Below, piece by piece: positions 51,581-64,000 of a stretch of DNA of 64,000 nucleotides. The notes under the pieces were generated by a model. That model was not told where the DNA came from. It worked only from the letters and a program-made list of their open reading frames with translations, and made no database searches. A program made the translations under genes and the position numbers. The stretch is from Octopus vulgaris (lineage: Eukaryota), in the NCBI GenBank assembly GCA_951406725.2, contig OX597816.1:120094001-120158000 (forward strand), read 5' to 3'. The first letter of the stretch is position 1, and each line of letters starts with the position of its first letter.

Positions 51581-52269
51581 GTAAGACCTTGTTTTCAAGA
51601 TGTTGGTAATTCTGTCAGAAATTGCAATGTTACTTATCAAATTATACACATTATTTAATTGATTGTTTTTTTAGTTAACTTGTGGTCTCTATAAATATGT
51701 TACTGTTTATAGCTAATATATTTTATATTATCAGTATTTTAACATCTGTTTTTGTAAAGGAGTAAGGATTGGTTGAGTCTACAATACTACAAATCTCTTC
51801 ATCACATAATTTGAGCCAAAAGAGGATCTTCTTACATGTTTGCTCTTCTTACTGGGAATAGCAGTTAGGCTTCCATCAGATCACCCTATGCCATTGATGT
51901 TTTTTGTTATTTTATCTACAGATCATCACTCAGATCTAACTTCACTAATTATTCTACCATCTTCTTTTGCCCACTATTACTATGGGAACTTCCCATGATG
52001 AACAGTAGTCACTTTTCAACCATCACATTCTGTTCATTTGTATTAAGTGACCACACCAGCACAGTGTCCCCTCTCAGTGTCCTTTGATATATTGTTGCTT
52101 TCCCATATCACTTTCATTTGACTTAGAAATTAAATTTGCACATCAAATAGAACTTTTATATTCAACTCGATCTAGTTTAGCTGTAGATCTTCTACACTCA
52201 TTGTTCTTGTTTTACTATCACATACTTCATTTTTGCTATAAATTTTATGTTTGCACCAGTTAACAGTTT

Positions 52270-52918
52270 TCTGGTCTTGTGCTTGAGAAGACCTGACAAA
52301 CCAAGTGAGACCATGGCTCATGGCCTATGCCAGTGGGTGTAACCAGCCCACTTATGAATACCCCTCATTCATTGGACAATAAACTTTGCTTGCGAAGACC
52401 TATTGAGGCAAGTGAAATTAAAGTCAAAATCACTGACGTGGCTCATGACAGTACCACCTGATTGGCACTCATGCCAGTGGGACGTTAAAAGCACATCTGA
52501 GCGTGATTCTTGTCAGGACCATGGATTGCCTCCTGTGCTGGTGGCGATGAAAAGCACCATTCGAGTGTGATTGTTGCCAGCGTCACCTTACTGGCACATG
52601 TGCTGGTGGCACATGAAAAACAACATTCGAGCGTGGTCGTTGCCAGTGCCGCCGGACTGGCTCCCATGCAGGTAGCACATAAAAACACCTTTTGAGCATG
52701 GTCGTTGCCAGAACCGTCTGACTGGCCCCCGTGCCAGTGTCATGTAAAAGCACCCACTACACTCTCGGAGTGGTTGGCATTAGGAAGGCCATCCAGCTGT
52801 AGAAACTTTGCCAGATCAGATTGAGCCTGGCGCAGCCTCTGGCTCACCAGACCTTAGTCAAACCGTCCAACCCATGTTAGCATGGAAAGTGGACGCCAAA
52901 CAATGATGATGATGATGA
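52270..52918 (+). mobile_element. RTE-associated SINE-like repeat with tandem internal modules
   Basis: About 5 copies of a ~65-70 bp module containing GTGCTGGTGGCACGTAAAAAGCACC-like sequence, then CCCACTACACTCTCGGAGTGGTTGGC...AACCCATGTTAGCATGGAAAG and (GAT)n; shorter relatives near 6420, 54600, 55215 and 60100. Confidence 0.8.
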
Positions 52919-52994
52919 CTTTTTAATGATTTGATCTGAAGGAAAGCATTGTCTCCATACCCTTTGCAGGCTCTTCAAGACTAGTGAACTTTGT

Positions 52995-53410
52995 ATGGTT
53001 AATGTTTCTTGAATTGCTGCAAGTTGATGGTTGCAGGATATATATGAACAGGAAAGGGAATTTTAGAGAGTTCTGGAGAACAAGGACTGGTTAAGTTGGT
53101 TAGTGAGGGTTCTGGTGAGTAGAGTAGATATAAATTGGGGATGAGAGAGGAGTATGTTAGGGATACATGAATGAAAATGGCATGAGACCAATCAATCAGT
53201 TCCAAATGGCAGAGACTTCTGTAGTATCAGAAAAAAAAGGCAAAGTGAGGAAGCAGTGTTTTTGTTGATGAACAATTTTACGCCAGTTAATGAGGCGGTT
53301 GATTTTTGAGAAAGATATGCAGTCCAGGACGTCGGTATGTGAAGGAGCAGCACCATCCCAGATTTGGAAGCTGTATTCCTTTGTGGGGTTCACTCAAACT
53401 TTGTAAAGAA
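52995..53410 (-). mobile_element. Jockey/CR1-group LINE 3' remnant
   Basis: LYKV*VNPTKEYSFQIWDGAAPSHTDVLDCI resembles LYKxxVRPxLEYxxxIW. Confidence 0.65.
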
Positions 53411-53804
53411 CAAGTAGTGACCCTATGTCTTAATCTGCTCTGAATTAAGAGTTCATAACTTCATATCATAACTTAACACTTTTCCAATAATATTTATTAA
53501 TTCTCCCATGTTAGCAGGAATTAGATGGCTTTGATATATTACATTGGGTTCACATTTCATAGTTAATTTATACAAAAATTGTAGCTGACTAATTTTGGCC
53601 TTCATGAAAACCCATTTGTAAATGGTTGAATCAAAAGTTAAATATATTCCTCTTACAATTCTTTATATTGAATGCAAAGTATTTTGCTCACCTAGGGGGT
53701 ATGTTATTATTTTTCTTAAATATTTTCTGACTAATTATTCATTTATAGTTTCAACATTTAGGGCATTGGACTTAGATCTAAACATATTTTTATCTTATAT
53801 TTTT

Positions 53805-54152
53805 TACTAGTTGTAGCCATGCTGGGGTACTTCTTTGAAGGGTTTAGTTGAACAAATTGACCCTAGTTTTATTTTTTAAAGTCTGGTACTTATTTTATCA
53901 GTCTCTTGCTGAACAGCTAAGTTACGGGCATGTAAATAAACCAACACCTGTTGTCAAGCAGTGGAGTAGGACAAACCCACACACACTCGCAACAGTCATC
54001 CACACTGTATCCATTTATAAAATTCACTCACAAGGCATTAGTTGGCCCTGGGCTAGAATAGAAGATGCTCGTCCAAGATGCTGTGCAGTGGGACTGAACC
54101 CAAAACCTTGTGACTGCAAAGCAAGCTTCTTAACCACATGATTGTTCCTGCA
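53805..54152 (-). mobile_element. Diverged Octopus tRNA-derived SINE in PTCD2 intron 3
   Basis: Colinear match to the same SINE family. Confidence 0.82.
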
Positions 54153-54979
54153 CTTGTCTATTTACATTATCCATTTACATTACATAATACAGCTTGTATA
54201 CAACTATACGTATAGTTTTATATAAATTTGCTGCTAGTCCACTTTTGAAAATGTGACTGTTCATTTTGGGAATATTACATGCATCACCAAAACAAATGTA
54301 GCACTTTTATTTCAACTTGTCTAAAACAGCTACATTGTTACATTTGTTTTAGACATTTTTGTTTCACAAGTACCTATTACATAACTCTTGCAATTTTAAA
54401 AAAAAATTTATTTCTGAGTACTTTCACAAATTTTCAGTTTTTGACATTTTTCTCTTTCAAAATATTGAGATTTTGGAGGTTTTCAGTTTCAGAATTTCTT
54501 ATATAGAATTATCATCTGCCCTACTTCCTTTTCTCTTACTGTAACCCTTATCTCCTAGCATAAAGCTGACCTTGGTGCAGATTTCGTAGCCCATGCTAGC
54601 TACATGGCAACCTCACTGGTGATCGTGGCACATAAAAAGATACCCAGTAAATGCTGTAAAGCAGTTGGTGTTAGTAAGGTTATCTAGCCATAGAAACCAT
54701 GGGAAGCAGACATTGGAGCATGATGAGGTCCTTGAACCCATCATATCCTGTCAAACCATCCAACCCATGCCAGCATGGAATATGGATGTTAAATGACGTG
54801 AGGATGAGAGCTTAAAATAGTGAAATAAATAATAAATTTCATTTTGTGAGAAAGCAGAGAAGTCTAGCATTTGGAGCAGATCCTCATATTGAAGATAGAT
54901 AAAATGTCAACAAATTACTTGTTATAGTTTCCATGTTTTCCTTTTATTTTATCTTAAATTTGACCTATCTCATTAACAG

Positions 54980-55097
54980 GTATCACCAGCAAGACAATTC
55001 ACAGCAGTTCAATACATATTCTTTTGGCCCTGTTGTTCTTAGGTTGTTGTATATAATGAAAGATGTAGATACGGCCTTAAAGCTCTTTGAAAGTGAG
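54980..55097 (+). CDS. PTCD2: PTCD2-like coding exon 4
   Basis: taacag acceptor, gtaagt donor; YHQQDNSQQFNTYSFGPVVLRLLYIMKDVDTALKLFESE containing the FGPVxxR motif typical of PTCD2. Confidence 0.92.
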
Positions 55098-56264
55098 GTA
55101 AGTTTTCCTTTGTTAATATTTATAGAAAATTTTGATATATCATTCACTCTTACCATTAAATTTACATACAGCATTTGGGGAAGTTGTCAATGTCACAGTT
55201 TCCTGTTTTTGATGATGGTGCCATGTAAAAAAGCACCCAGTACATTCTGTAAAGTGGTCGGTGTTAGGAAGGGCATCCAGCCATAGAAACCAAACTCAAA
55301 CAGACTATGGAACCTGGTGCGGCCCCTGGTCATTCCAGTTCCTGTCAAGTCATTCAACCCATGCCAGCATGGAAAATGGATGTTAAATGTTGATGAGTGA
55401 TGGTGAAAGAATAGTGTGACTTTTGTGCCAGAACTGAAATATGAAATCAATATTTTGACCAGTTGACCTTCTTAACTTTACACACACCTCAGTCTGTTGT
55501 GAAAAACTCATTTTTGCATACCATTGCCTTAGTCAACATAACTGAAAATAGGTACCTCCAAATGTCCAATATATTATTTAATTTCTGTTGTGCATTTGTG
55601 GAGGAGCAAAGCTCTGAACTGAGACTCTGTTTATAACTGGGGGGTGGGTGGGTAAGTACTGTCAGTGGGGAATCCATATTTCTATAATTTATTGATAGAT
55701 AATTAGAGTTGCTGAGAGGTGCAGCTCTCTGTGCATTGTGTAGGTATCAGTGGGAGCAACACATAATGATGTGGGTTTGGGTTGGCTCCCACTGTGTGGT
55801 ACTTTAGGCAAGCATCTTTTGCCATAGTTTTGTGTCACAGTGAACTTTATGAATAAAACTGGGTAGACAGAGAAGTGTGAAAGCCTGTGGAATGGAAAGT
55901 ATCTGTTCTTCAGTGATAAACTTAGTCCATAGTCTTGTTTAACAGTACCATCTATTCCTTGACTATCTTTAGCTGAGTCTACATTCAGCGTTCAAATTGT
56001 TCTACTTCCTCCAAAACCTTTCAGTTATGAATTTTTTTCTTTTCTCTCTCCCATAATTCTTGGAAGTCTTAAGTACTGCTCCTCCTTCGAGTAAAACATG
56101 CAAAGGTGAATCCAGATGATTCAGAAAGAATACAGCTTGCTGTCTAGTTTCAAAAAGCAAAACAAAAAGCAACAACAAAAAATTATATCAACATCAAAAA
56201 GAAAGTGTAAAATAAAATCCAGTTTACAACTGGAACTGATGTTTCTTAATTCTTTCTTTTTTAG

Positions 56265-56441
56265 GAAACCAGGCCTTTGTTTTCACAAGTGACAAGTTAC
56301 ATCATTCTCATGGATATGTTGTATGAGAGTAAACAATATGATGATACACTGAAGGTATTTCAGATAGTGACTGAAAATGAAACTAATATTAAATATCCAA
56401 ATGACTGCACTACAATTGCATTTGCCACATATTATGCTTTG
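56265..56441 (+). CDS. PTCD2: PTCD2-like coding exon 5
   Basis: tctttctttttttag acceptor, gttagt donor; ETRPLFSQVTSYIILMDMLYESKQYDDTLKVFQIV...KYPNDCTTIAFATYYAL (PPR-like SYxILMDML and KYPxD motifs). Confidence 0.92.
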
Positions 56442-57472
56442 GTTAGTATTGTATTCTTCTGTATTGTAATTTTCTCTACTAAACTATCTTTTGTCCTTTA
56501 TTAGGAACATTGCATTGCCTCATTGAGTACAGTAGCACATTTATTTGTTAATCTTCCTCTACATGTTATTCTGAACTCTACTTGGTAACTGTTTGGTGAT
56601 ATTGCTTTATAATTTTCATGGCTAGTTTTGACTACTGTGTTATGACAGTTACATGGATACAGTAGTGTATAACTCTTTGTTCATTATAGTTCAAACTGCT
56701 GCTTGTTGCATTTCAACCTGAAAGGAAAAAAAAACCTGATTCGTAATATACAGTGTAGTTTTGGTTAGTAAAGCTGTTACTTCCTCTTTTGAGACAAGTA
56801 TAGGAACTTGGAGATCCATGCAACATATATTGGCAATTAGGTACCAAATTTCTCCAACACTTGGTTCCTATTCTCTGTTTATGAAAGTGCCATAATTATT
56901 AATATTGTGTAAGTTAGCAGAGCATATGTTTAAGACTATGAAAGCATCAGAAACTGTAGGTATCTTAGAAACAGCTGGAAAATATTAAACGTATTGACAG
57001 GTAAATTTCACCACTAGAAAATACTATATCCAACTATCCACTTATTTATCAAAGGAATGTTGGAATGTTTGTATTTATTTCATACTGCTGTCTAATGCAT
57101 TTAAGCTAATTTGTTCATGCCTTATCACTGTTTTGTGGAAGTGCCATTGGTAGGAGACAAGTACCTTATGAACTAAGCCATCAGCTTGGTTTCATTTCCA
57201 GAGTAGAATTAAAACACTTTTTCATTTCACATGGCTTTTGTAAAGGTTTGAATATTACAGATCTTGTTTATGCTAAGCAGGCAATAGAAAACCACTCTGC
57301 TGTACTCTATCCCATATTTATTATAATATTGTCTGAAAATATACTATTTAAAAAATGGTATTATTCACAATCTCTTTCATTAATATTTATTTTGCTTCAT
57401 GCTATTGGTAAATAAACATGTATTACAACAGAGTTGTTACGTCTAGATATTTTTGTTTTGATTTTGTTTTAG

Positions 57473-57586
57473 AATACTGCAGAAGCTTTACAGAACTGTC
57501 AGGAATTATTAAAAGCCTGTTTAAATTTAAAACTTCAAGTTTCCAATCGTGCCCTTGTTTTTGCTGCTATGTTAGCATTGAAACAG
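57473..57586 (+). CDS. PTCD2: PTCD2-like coding exon 6
   Basis: ttttgttttag acceptor, gtaatt donor; NTAEALQNCQELLKACLNLKLQVSNRALVFAAMLALKQ; phase 0 to 0. Confidence 0.9.
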
Positions 57587-58354
57587 GTAATTTTTCTTAA
57601 TTTACTCAAATTTTTCTAGAATATACATCTCTTTATTGAAGCTATTTTAGATAGCTTTGTTATGATCACCAGTATAAACTCAATAATGCATGACTACCAT
57701 CATAATCATCATTTAATATCTATTCCCTAGTGGCATGAGTTGGACAGTTGAGACAGGATCTGATGGATTCAAGGACCACATTGTGTTTTGTTAGATTCAG
57801 TAAAGAAAGGTGTATTCTTTTAGTAGTGTCCTTATTAGGTTAGATTGATATAGTGAAGTGTATTGATTTCATCTCATCTGTTTGAATTAGTGGTTCTGTA
57901 TAAGGACATAAGAAGTAAAGAAAAGTAAACTTCATTGAAACAAAAGGGTTGTAGTAATTGTAAAAAGAAGCAAAAGAAAGTTATGGTTGTGATAATGGGG
58001 TTTGTTTGTTAAGAATCTATCAAATGGACAAACTTAAGTTGTTGTGGAACCCCAAGTAAACGTTTTCTGATCAAACGTATTCCAATTATCACTGGACCAT
58101 ATTTTTTTTCAGGCATTGTTTATCTAGGATTATATTACACAATGTATCCTTCCTTTTCTTAAGGTAGTAGAGTGTGACTTGAAGGATAGCTATGTCTTGC
58201 AGTATGGCTGATCATATAGTGGCTCCCTCCTCAGTAATTAGAACTAATGTACTAATTCAGATGTAGAGAGTAATGCTGACATATATTATTCTCAAAAAGA
58301 GTTCAATATTCAGGGCTGAAATGCTTTTTTAACCCACACTGCCAGATATTTTAA

Positions 58355-60252
58355 ACAGGAGTCACCACTGAGATGCTTAAAATATCTGGCAGTGTGTGTT
58401 ATCGTCTAGTCACCCATATTGTAAATCAGGTGGTACACAAAGGAGTCATATCAAATGACTGGTGTAGCAGCACCATAGTCAAAGGTAAAGGTGATGCCTT
58501 AGATAGAAAATAATAGAGGTATCAAATTGTTGGATCAGATAATGAAAGTTGCAGAGAGGGTCATAGCCCAACTAATGAGGGAGATAGTTAATCTAGATGA
58601 GATGCAGTTTGGTTTTTTGCCAGGGAGAAGCATCACTGATGTTATATTTCTGGCAAGTCAGCTGCAGGAGAGATAAATAGCTAAAGATAAACCTCTGTAC
58701 TTGACTTTTGTTAACTTAGAGAAAGCCTTTGACAGGGTCCCCTCATCCCTTACCTGGTGGTCGATGTGGAAATTAGGGATAGACGAGTGGTTGGTGAGAG
58801 CTGTACCAGCCATGTACAGGGATACTATCAGTAAAGTGAGGGTTGGTAATGAGTACACCGAAAAATTCAGGATACAAGTAGGAGTTCATCAAGGATTAGT
58901 CCTCAACCCCCTCTTGTCCATCATAGTGCTCCAGGCAATAACAGAGGAATTCAAGACAGGCTACCCCTGGGAGCTCCTCTATGCTGATGACCTTGTTCCT
59001 ATAGCTGAGTCATTGCCAGAACTAGAAGAGTTTCAGGTATGGTAGCAAAGCCTAGAACCAAAGGGCTTCAGAGTTAACCTAGCAAAAACCAAAGTCTCAA
59101 TAAGTCAGAAGGCAGACATATCACAAATCCCTTCAGATAGATGACCCTGCTAGATCTGTAGGTAAGACGCTGGTAGGAACTCCATAAGATGTACCCAGTG
59201 TAAGCTATGGACCCATAAGGGGAGCAGCAATATCAGAGGAAGGTTAACTGGGAAAATAGCTTTTGTGTATGGAAGATGCACAAGTACAATAAACACTGTA
59301 AATGTACAGAAAATAGACTTCATCAACTACCAGTGGGGTAAGCTAGAGGTAGTAGATAACTTGTGTTATCTAGGTAACTAAGTTATTAGTGGAGGTGGAT
59401 TCTCCAAGAGTGTAGCTGTGAGAATAAGAATAGGCTGGACAAAATTCAGAGAGCTCCTAACTCTGCTGGCAACAAAGGGCCTCTCCCTCAGAGTGAAAGG
59501 CAGATTGTATAATGTCTGTGTGCGAACAGCCATGCTACATGACAGTGAAACATTGGCTGTGACAGCTGAGAATGTGTGTAGGCTTGAAAGAAATGAAACC
59601 AGTATGCTTTGCTGGATGTGCAATGTCAGTGTGCACATGCGACAGAGTGTAAGCATCTTGAGAGAAAAGTTGGGCATAAGAAGCATCACATGTGGCGTGC
59701 AAGAGAGACAATGTGCTGGTATGGACATGTGATGCATATGGACGAGGACAGCTGTGTAAAGAAATGCCAAACTCTAACTGGGAGGAACCTGTGGTTGAGG
59801 TATACCCAGGAAGACATGGGACGAGGTGGTGAAGCATGATCTTTGAACTTTGGGCCTCACAGAGGCAATGACTAGTGATCGAGACCTTTGGCGATATGCT
59901 GTGCTTGAGAAGACTTGTCAAGCCAAGTGAAATCATAGTCTTGGCTGATGCTGGTGTCATGTAACTGGCACCTGTGCTGGTGGCACATAAAAAGCACCGT
60001 TGAGTATTGGGCTTCATGGAGGCAATGACGAATGACTGAGACCTTTGACATTATGCTGTGCTTGAGAAGACCCACCAAGCCAAGTATCACAGAAATGGCA
60101 ACTGTGCTGGTGGCACGTAAAAGTACCCATTACACTCTCAGAATGGTTGGCATTAGGAAGTGCATCTGCCTGTAGAAATCATGCCAAATCAAACTGAAGT
60201 CTGGTGCAGCCTTCCAGTTTGGCAGCATGGACAACAAATGTTAGATGATGAT
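58355..60252 (+). mobile_element. 5'-truncated RTE LINE with duplicated 3' end and (GAT)n tail
   Basis: MQFGF, FVNLEKAFDRVP, VGVHQG, PWELLYADDL, VNLAKTKV, RIRIGWTKFREL, KGRLYNVCVRTAMLH; several stops and frameshifts. Confidence 0.93.
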
Positions 60253-61112
60253 ATTTTGCTGCATTGCAAAAGCAAGCATGCATAAAGCTTGGTGTGTTAG
60301 TTAAGTGTTTTTGTTAAATAATTTTGGCTGGCTCTGCCCAGACTGACCTATAATAAGGTGTTCAGCTAAATCAGATATTTAAGAATGACCCATATGTACT
60401 TGAATATGTTTAACTCCAGTCTGTCTTGGAATCTTGCAGTCAAATGTGTAGAGTGCATTGTGAAAGTCAGAACATGTCAGTTATTTGTGTGTGTGTGAAG
60501 ACTATTAGGGGTGGTGGTCACATAGACATGGCAAAAATTAACATAATTGGAATATACTGAATAGTTAGTTCTTTAGGATTCGTTTCAAGTTGATTTGTTG
60601 AGCAAATCAATTTCAAATGATGGTTATGTTTTCAATGTTCTGTATTGTAGAATGTTATTAGGGTGTTGCAACCTTATTTCAGAGTATGTAGAGGGTTCTC
60701 TATGAAACCTCTACAGGGTTCCATATGGTTCTCTGAAATGGAAGATCTTTAAATTTGTTGTGTGTTTTTAAGCTTGTGAATGATTGATTGATTGCATGTT
60801 TAGGAGAGTTGAGTGAAAGGGTACTTTCATGAGTTAAAAAATGTATAATCAGAATCCATAGATATATGTTGAGGGATGTCATTAGTATAGAGGAATATGA
60901 AAATGATAAATCTTCAGAGAGATAGCTGAAATGACATGGAATATATTCTATCACTTGAGAACTCAGTAAAGAAACTGTTCACCCAAGCAATAAAGATTGA
61001 GGTGAAAGAAAAGCTGGCTATAAAAAGAATTGGATGTAGTGTGTAAGAGAGAAGACTGTAGTGGTATTTATTATATTTGTAATAAATGTTGTTTTCTTTT
61101 CCATCTCTGCAG

Positions 61113-61187
61113 GAACAACCCGCCATTGCATTGGAGATGATATCATTAAGAGATGATTCTTTTCAGTTTGTTCTGAAAAATCTCAAG
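61113..61187 (+). CDS. PTCD2: PTCD2-like coding exon 7
   Basis: ccatctctgcag acceptor, gttact donor; EQPAIALEMISLRDDSFQFVLKNLK. Confidence 0.87.
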
Positions 61188-61799
61188 GTTACTCTTTTCT
61201 TATTATTGTGCAAACTGTTCAACCAAATATTTTTACTGTTAAACTTCTAATGGACAATTGTTTTTCTATAAGAAGACAACTGTTCATTACTTACAAGCAG
61301 AAAATGTGCAATTGGTGGTGTTTCTTAAATCATATATAACCTGATATTTTCCCCTTTTGTGTGTATTTCCAAAATATAATTTTTTCTTTTTCTATTACAT
61401 AATACAACATTGTTAAACTTGTATACATTTTCCTAATCATTATCATGTTTTCTGTTTCAATGAGTCTAGTATGTAAAATGGAATTTGGTTAAAAATTTTG
61501 ACCTTGGATTTTTCAAGTTTGTGTGAAAGTGACTGAGTATTCCACAGACTCATGCCCTATTAATGTAATTTTCATGTAGTATCAATATTACTCATTGTGA
61601 TAAGGCCGGACCTTCAAATTACAGGTACAGCCCGTAAGACATACTGTTTCTACTTACCCGATAATGAAAAAAATGATAAAAAATTTATATTGAATTGATT
61701 GATATTGAATATATATTTAGATTAATGAACCAGAAAAATAGAAAACCAAGAAAATTAGTTAAAAATTATACTGAATTATTTCTTTTGAATCTCTTGCAG

Positions 61800-61913
61800 G
61801 CTTTATGTTATGCTAAACTTAATCGAATTGAAGATACTCTTCCAATTCTGCGAAGCATTCTTCAGTGTGATTCTCCTTATAGAAACCGTCAACTGAAAGT
61901 ATTTCCTGAAGTG
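61800..61913 (+). CDS. PTCD2: PTCD2-like coding exon 8 (gene continues beyond window)
   Basis: ctcttgcag acceptor, gtaagt donor; ALCYAKLNRIEDTLPILRSILQCDSPYRNRQLKVFPEV; no stop reached in window. Confidence 0.9.
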
Positions 61914-62409
61914 GTAAGTTGATATGTATGATCACTGTCATCATTGTTGTTGTATCCGTTTTGCCATGCTGGTATGAGTTAGATAAAACTTAGTGGCAGA
62001 TTTTCTACAGCCTGATTATTTTCTTGTTACCAACTGTTTCTCATGTAAAGAATTTTCATTCTATTAGTTATACATCAAAAATAACAGAGCCACTGAATGT
62101 ATGGGGTCTTGTACTTAAAGGGGAATGTAAACAAAGACACTGTTTTTGTTTAGGCTGTGTTAATGAGGACACATGGAGACAATATTCACACACCCATCCA
62201 TGCTAGCATGGAAGGTGGACATTAAACAATGATGATGATAAAACAGAGGCCCACATACATAGATACAATGGGCTTCTCAGTTTCCACCAACCAATTTCAC
62301 TTACAAGGTTTCGGTTCTCTTGAGAGTATTACAGAAGACATTTGTGGGACTGAACCTGTAGTTAAGTGGTTGCAAAGTGAACTTTGTAGCTATATAGCCT
62401 TGCCTGTTA

Positions 62410-62571
62410 TGTGACTGTGGCCATGCTGGAGCACCGCCTTTAGTCGAGCAAATCGACCCCAGGACTTATTCTTTGTAAGCCTAGTACTTAATCTATCGGT
62501 CTCTTTTGATGAACTGCTAATTTACGTAAACACACCAGCATCAGTTGTCAAGCGATGTTGGGGGGACAAAA

Positions 62572-62602
<31 letters not shown>

Positions 62603-62753
62603 TATACGACGGGCTTCTTTCAGTTTCCATCTACCAAATCCACTCACAAGGCTTTGGTTGGCCCGAGGCTATAGTAGAAGACATGTAGTGGGACTGAACC
62701 CGGAACCATGTGGTTCGTAAGCAAGCTACTTACCACACAGCCACTCCTATGCC
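62410..62753 (-). mobile_element. Young Octopus tRNA-derived SINE
   Basis: Very close to 30272-30663 apart from small deletions. Confidence 0.92.
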
Positions 62754-64000
62754 TTATAGTGTATAGTGTTTAATTGTTAATTATGTGTAGTGTTGATGTG
62801 GTGTTCATTTTTGTTATTTCCTTTTGTATGAGAAGGATTGTATGTTAATGGCTTAAGTACATTTGAAGTGGAGTTTGAGGAGTCTGAAGTAAATGAAGGA
62901 TGAAGGCCACATGGGAAAGGCATGCAGTAGGGCAATAGTAATATATGGTATTGGGTCAATGGAAGTAAAAAACAATACAAAGTACAAGTTTTCTTTGTAC
63001 TATACAATCAGAAAGGATGCAGCAAAATAATGGGATTGGGAACTGAACATTTTTCAGTTTGGGTAAAGTTGTTCCTTACTTTTGGATCAATTGTTATCAG
63101 GCATTTCCAACTTTGTCTTATTTTCAAGTATTGTTGTGTTTAGGACTATATCATTTTGTGTATCTTTTTTTTTTTTTTTTTTGAAGATGGTAGGTTGTGA
63201 TTTGATAAGAATTTGCTTACCACAAATAGTAGTATGATATTAACTGTTAATAAATAATTAAATTACTTACGATATTTATTTTCATCTCTCTCTGTTTGGG
63301 TCACTAGTACAAGTTTTCTGGTCCTCTACTAAGATTGATTCAAACATGTGGCCTTGTACTAATGTAGTACATTATTATTGCAGTAATATTACTAATCTTT
63401 TGTTATTGCAAAAAGTATTAGAATGCAATTTGTTGTTTCATATAGATCTTTGAAAGATAATGACTAGCTTATTGACCTGTTAATATACAAGCATATTATT
63501 GGCTTGTTGGAGTATCAAAATAATCTTTTCTTGTGGGACATTTCTCATCTCCCCAGCATTAAAGAGATAAGTAATAGCTTTCCTTTTGGATTGACTATAT
63601 TGTTAGGGAATAGTTGTCCTCATGAACTTCTATTTAATATCTAGTGATATAAAATAGAAGCAGTAAAGTTATCTGCCTTGCTCAATGATGCTGTTTGTTG
63701 ATCTTAATTCTATCTTGAAAAAAAAATTCATTTAATCATTTCCTCATACAAACTTCAGATGATGGCATAGCTGTACATTTAAGAAGTTTCTTCACAAACT
63801 GGAGACCCTGGGTTTGATTCCACTATGTGGCATCTTGGGAAAATGTCTTTTACTACAGCCTTATGTTAACCAAAACTTTGTGTATGAAATTGGGTAGATG
63901 GAAACTGCATGGAAGCCTGTTGAATGGATTGTTGCTGCAATTGAAAAGTGCAACTTAGTGATACACACAGTGTCACTCTCATATCTGGTTACATAGTTAT

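Overview
AT-rich, repeat-dense eukaryotic genomic DNA, most likely Octopus (coleoid cephalopod), judged from its characteristic tRNA-derived SINE families and microsatellites. Two intron-containing genes sit head-to-head with 249 bp between their ATGs. On the + strand are eight coding exons (314 codons, splice phases all consistent, 3' end beyond the window) of a PTCD2-like mitochondrial pentatricopeptide-repeat protein. On the - strand are the first two coding exons of a glucose-6-phosphate 1-epimerase-like gene, separated by a ~32 kb first intron. The rest is intronic and filled with decayed transposons: a full-length DD37D (maT) element, mariner and Tigger remnants, MITEs, a Helentron-type non-autonomous element, RTE, CR1/Jockey, HERO-like and Penelope-like retroelements, and many SINEs. 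I found no convincing new protein-coding system. The most notable structures are a ~340 bp hairpin carrying a hammerhead-ribozyme-like core, a compact bidirectional promoter with an overlapping CRE/ETS motif inside a CpG-rich island, a 7-copy SINE stack in an (AAT)n tract, and two HERO-like fragments with near-identical 5' breakpoints. All family assignments come from motif recognition, not database searches.
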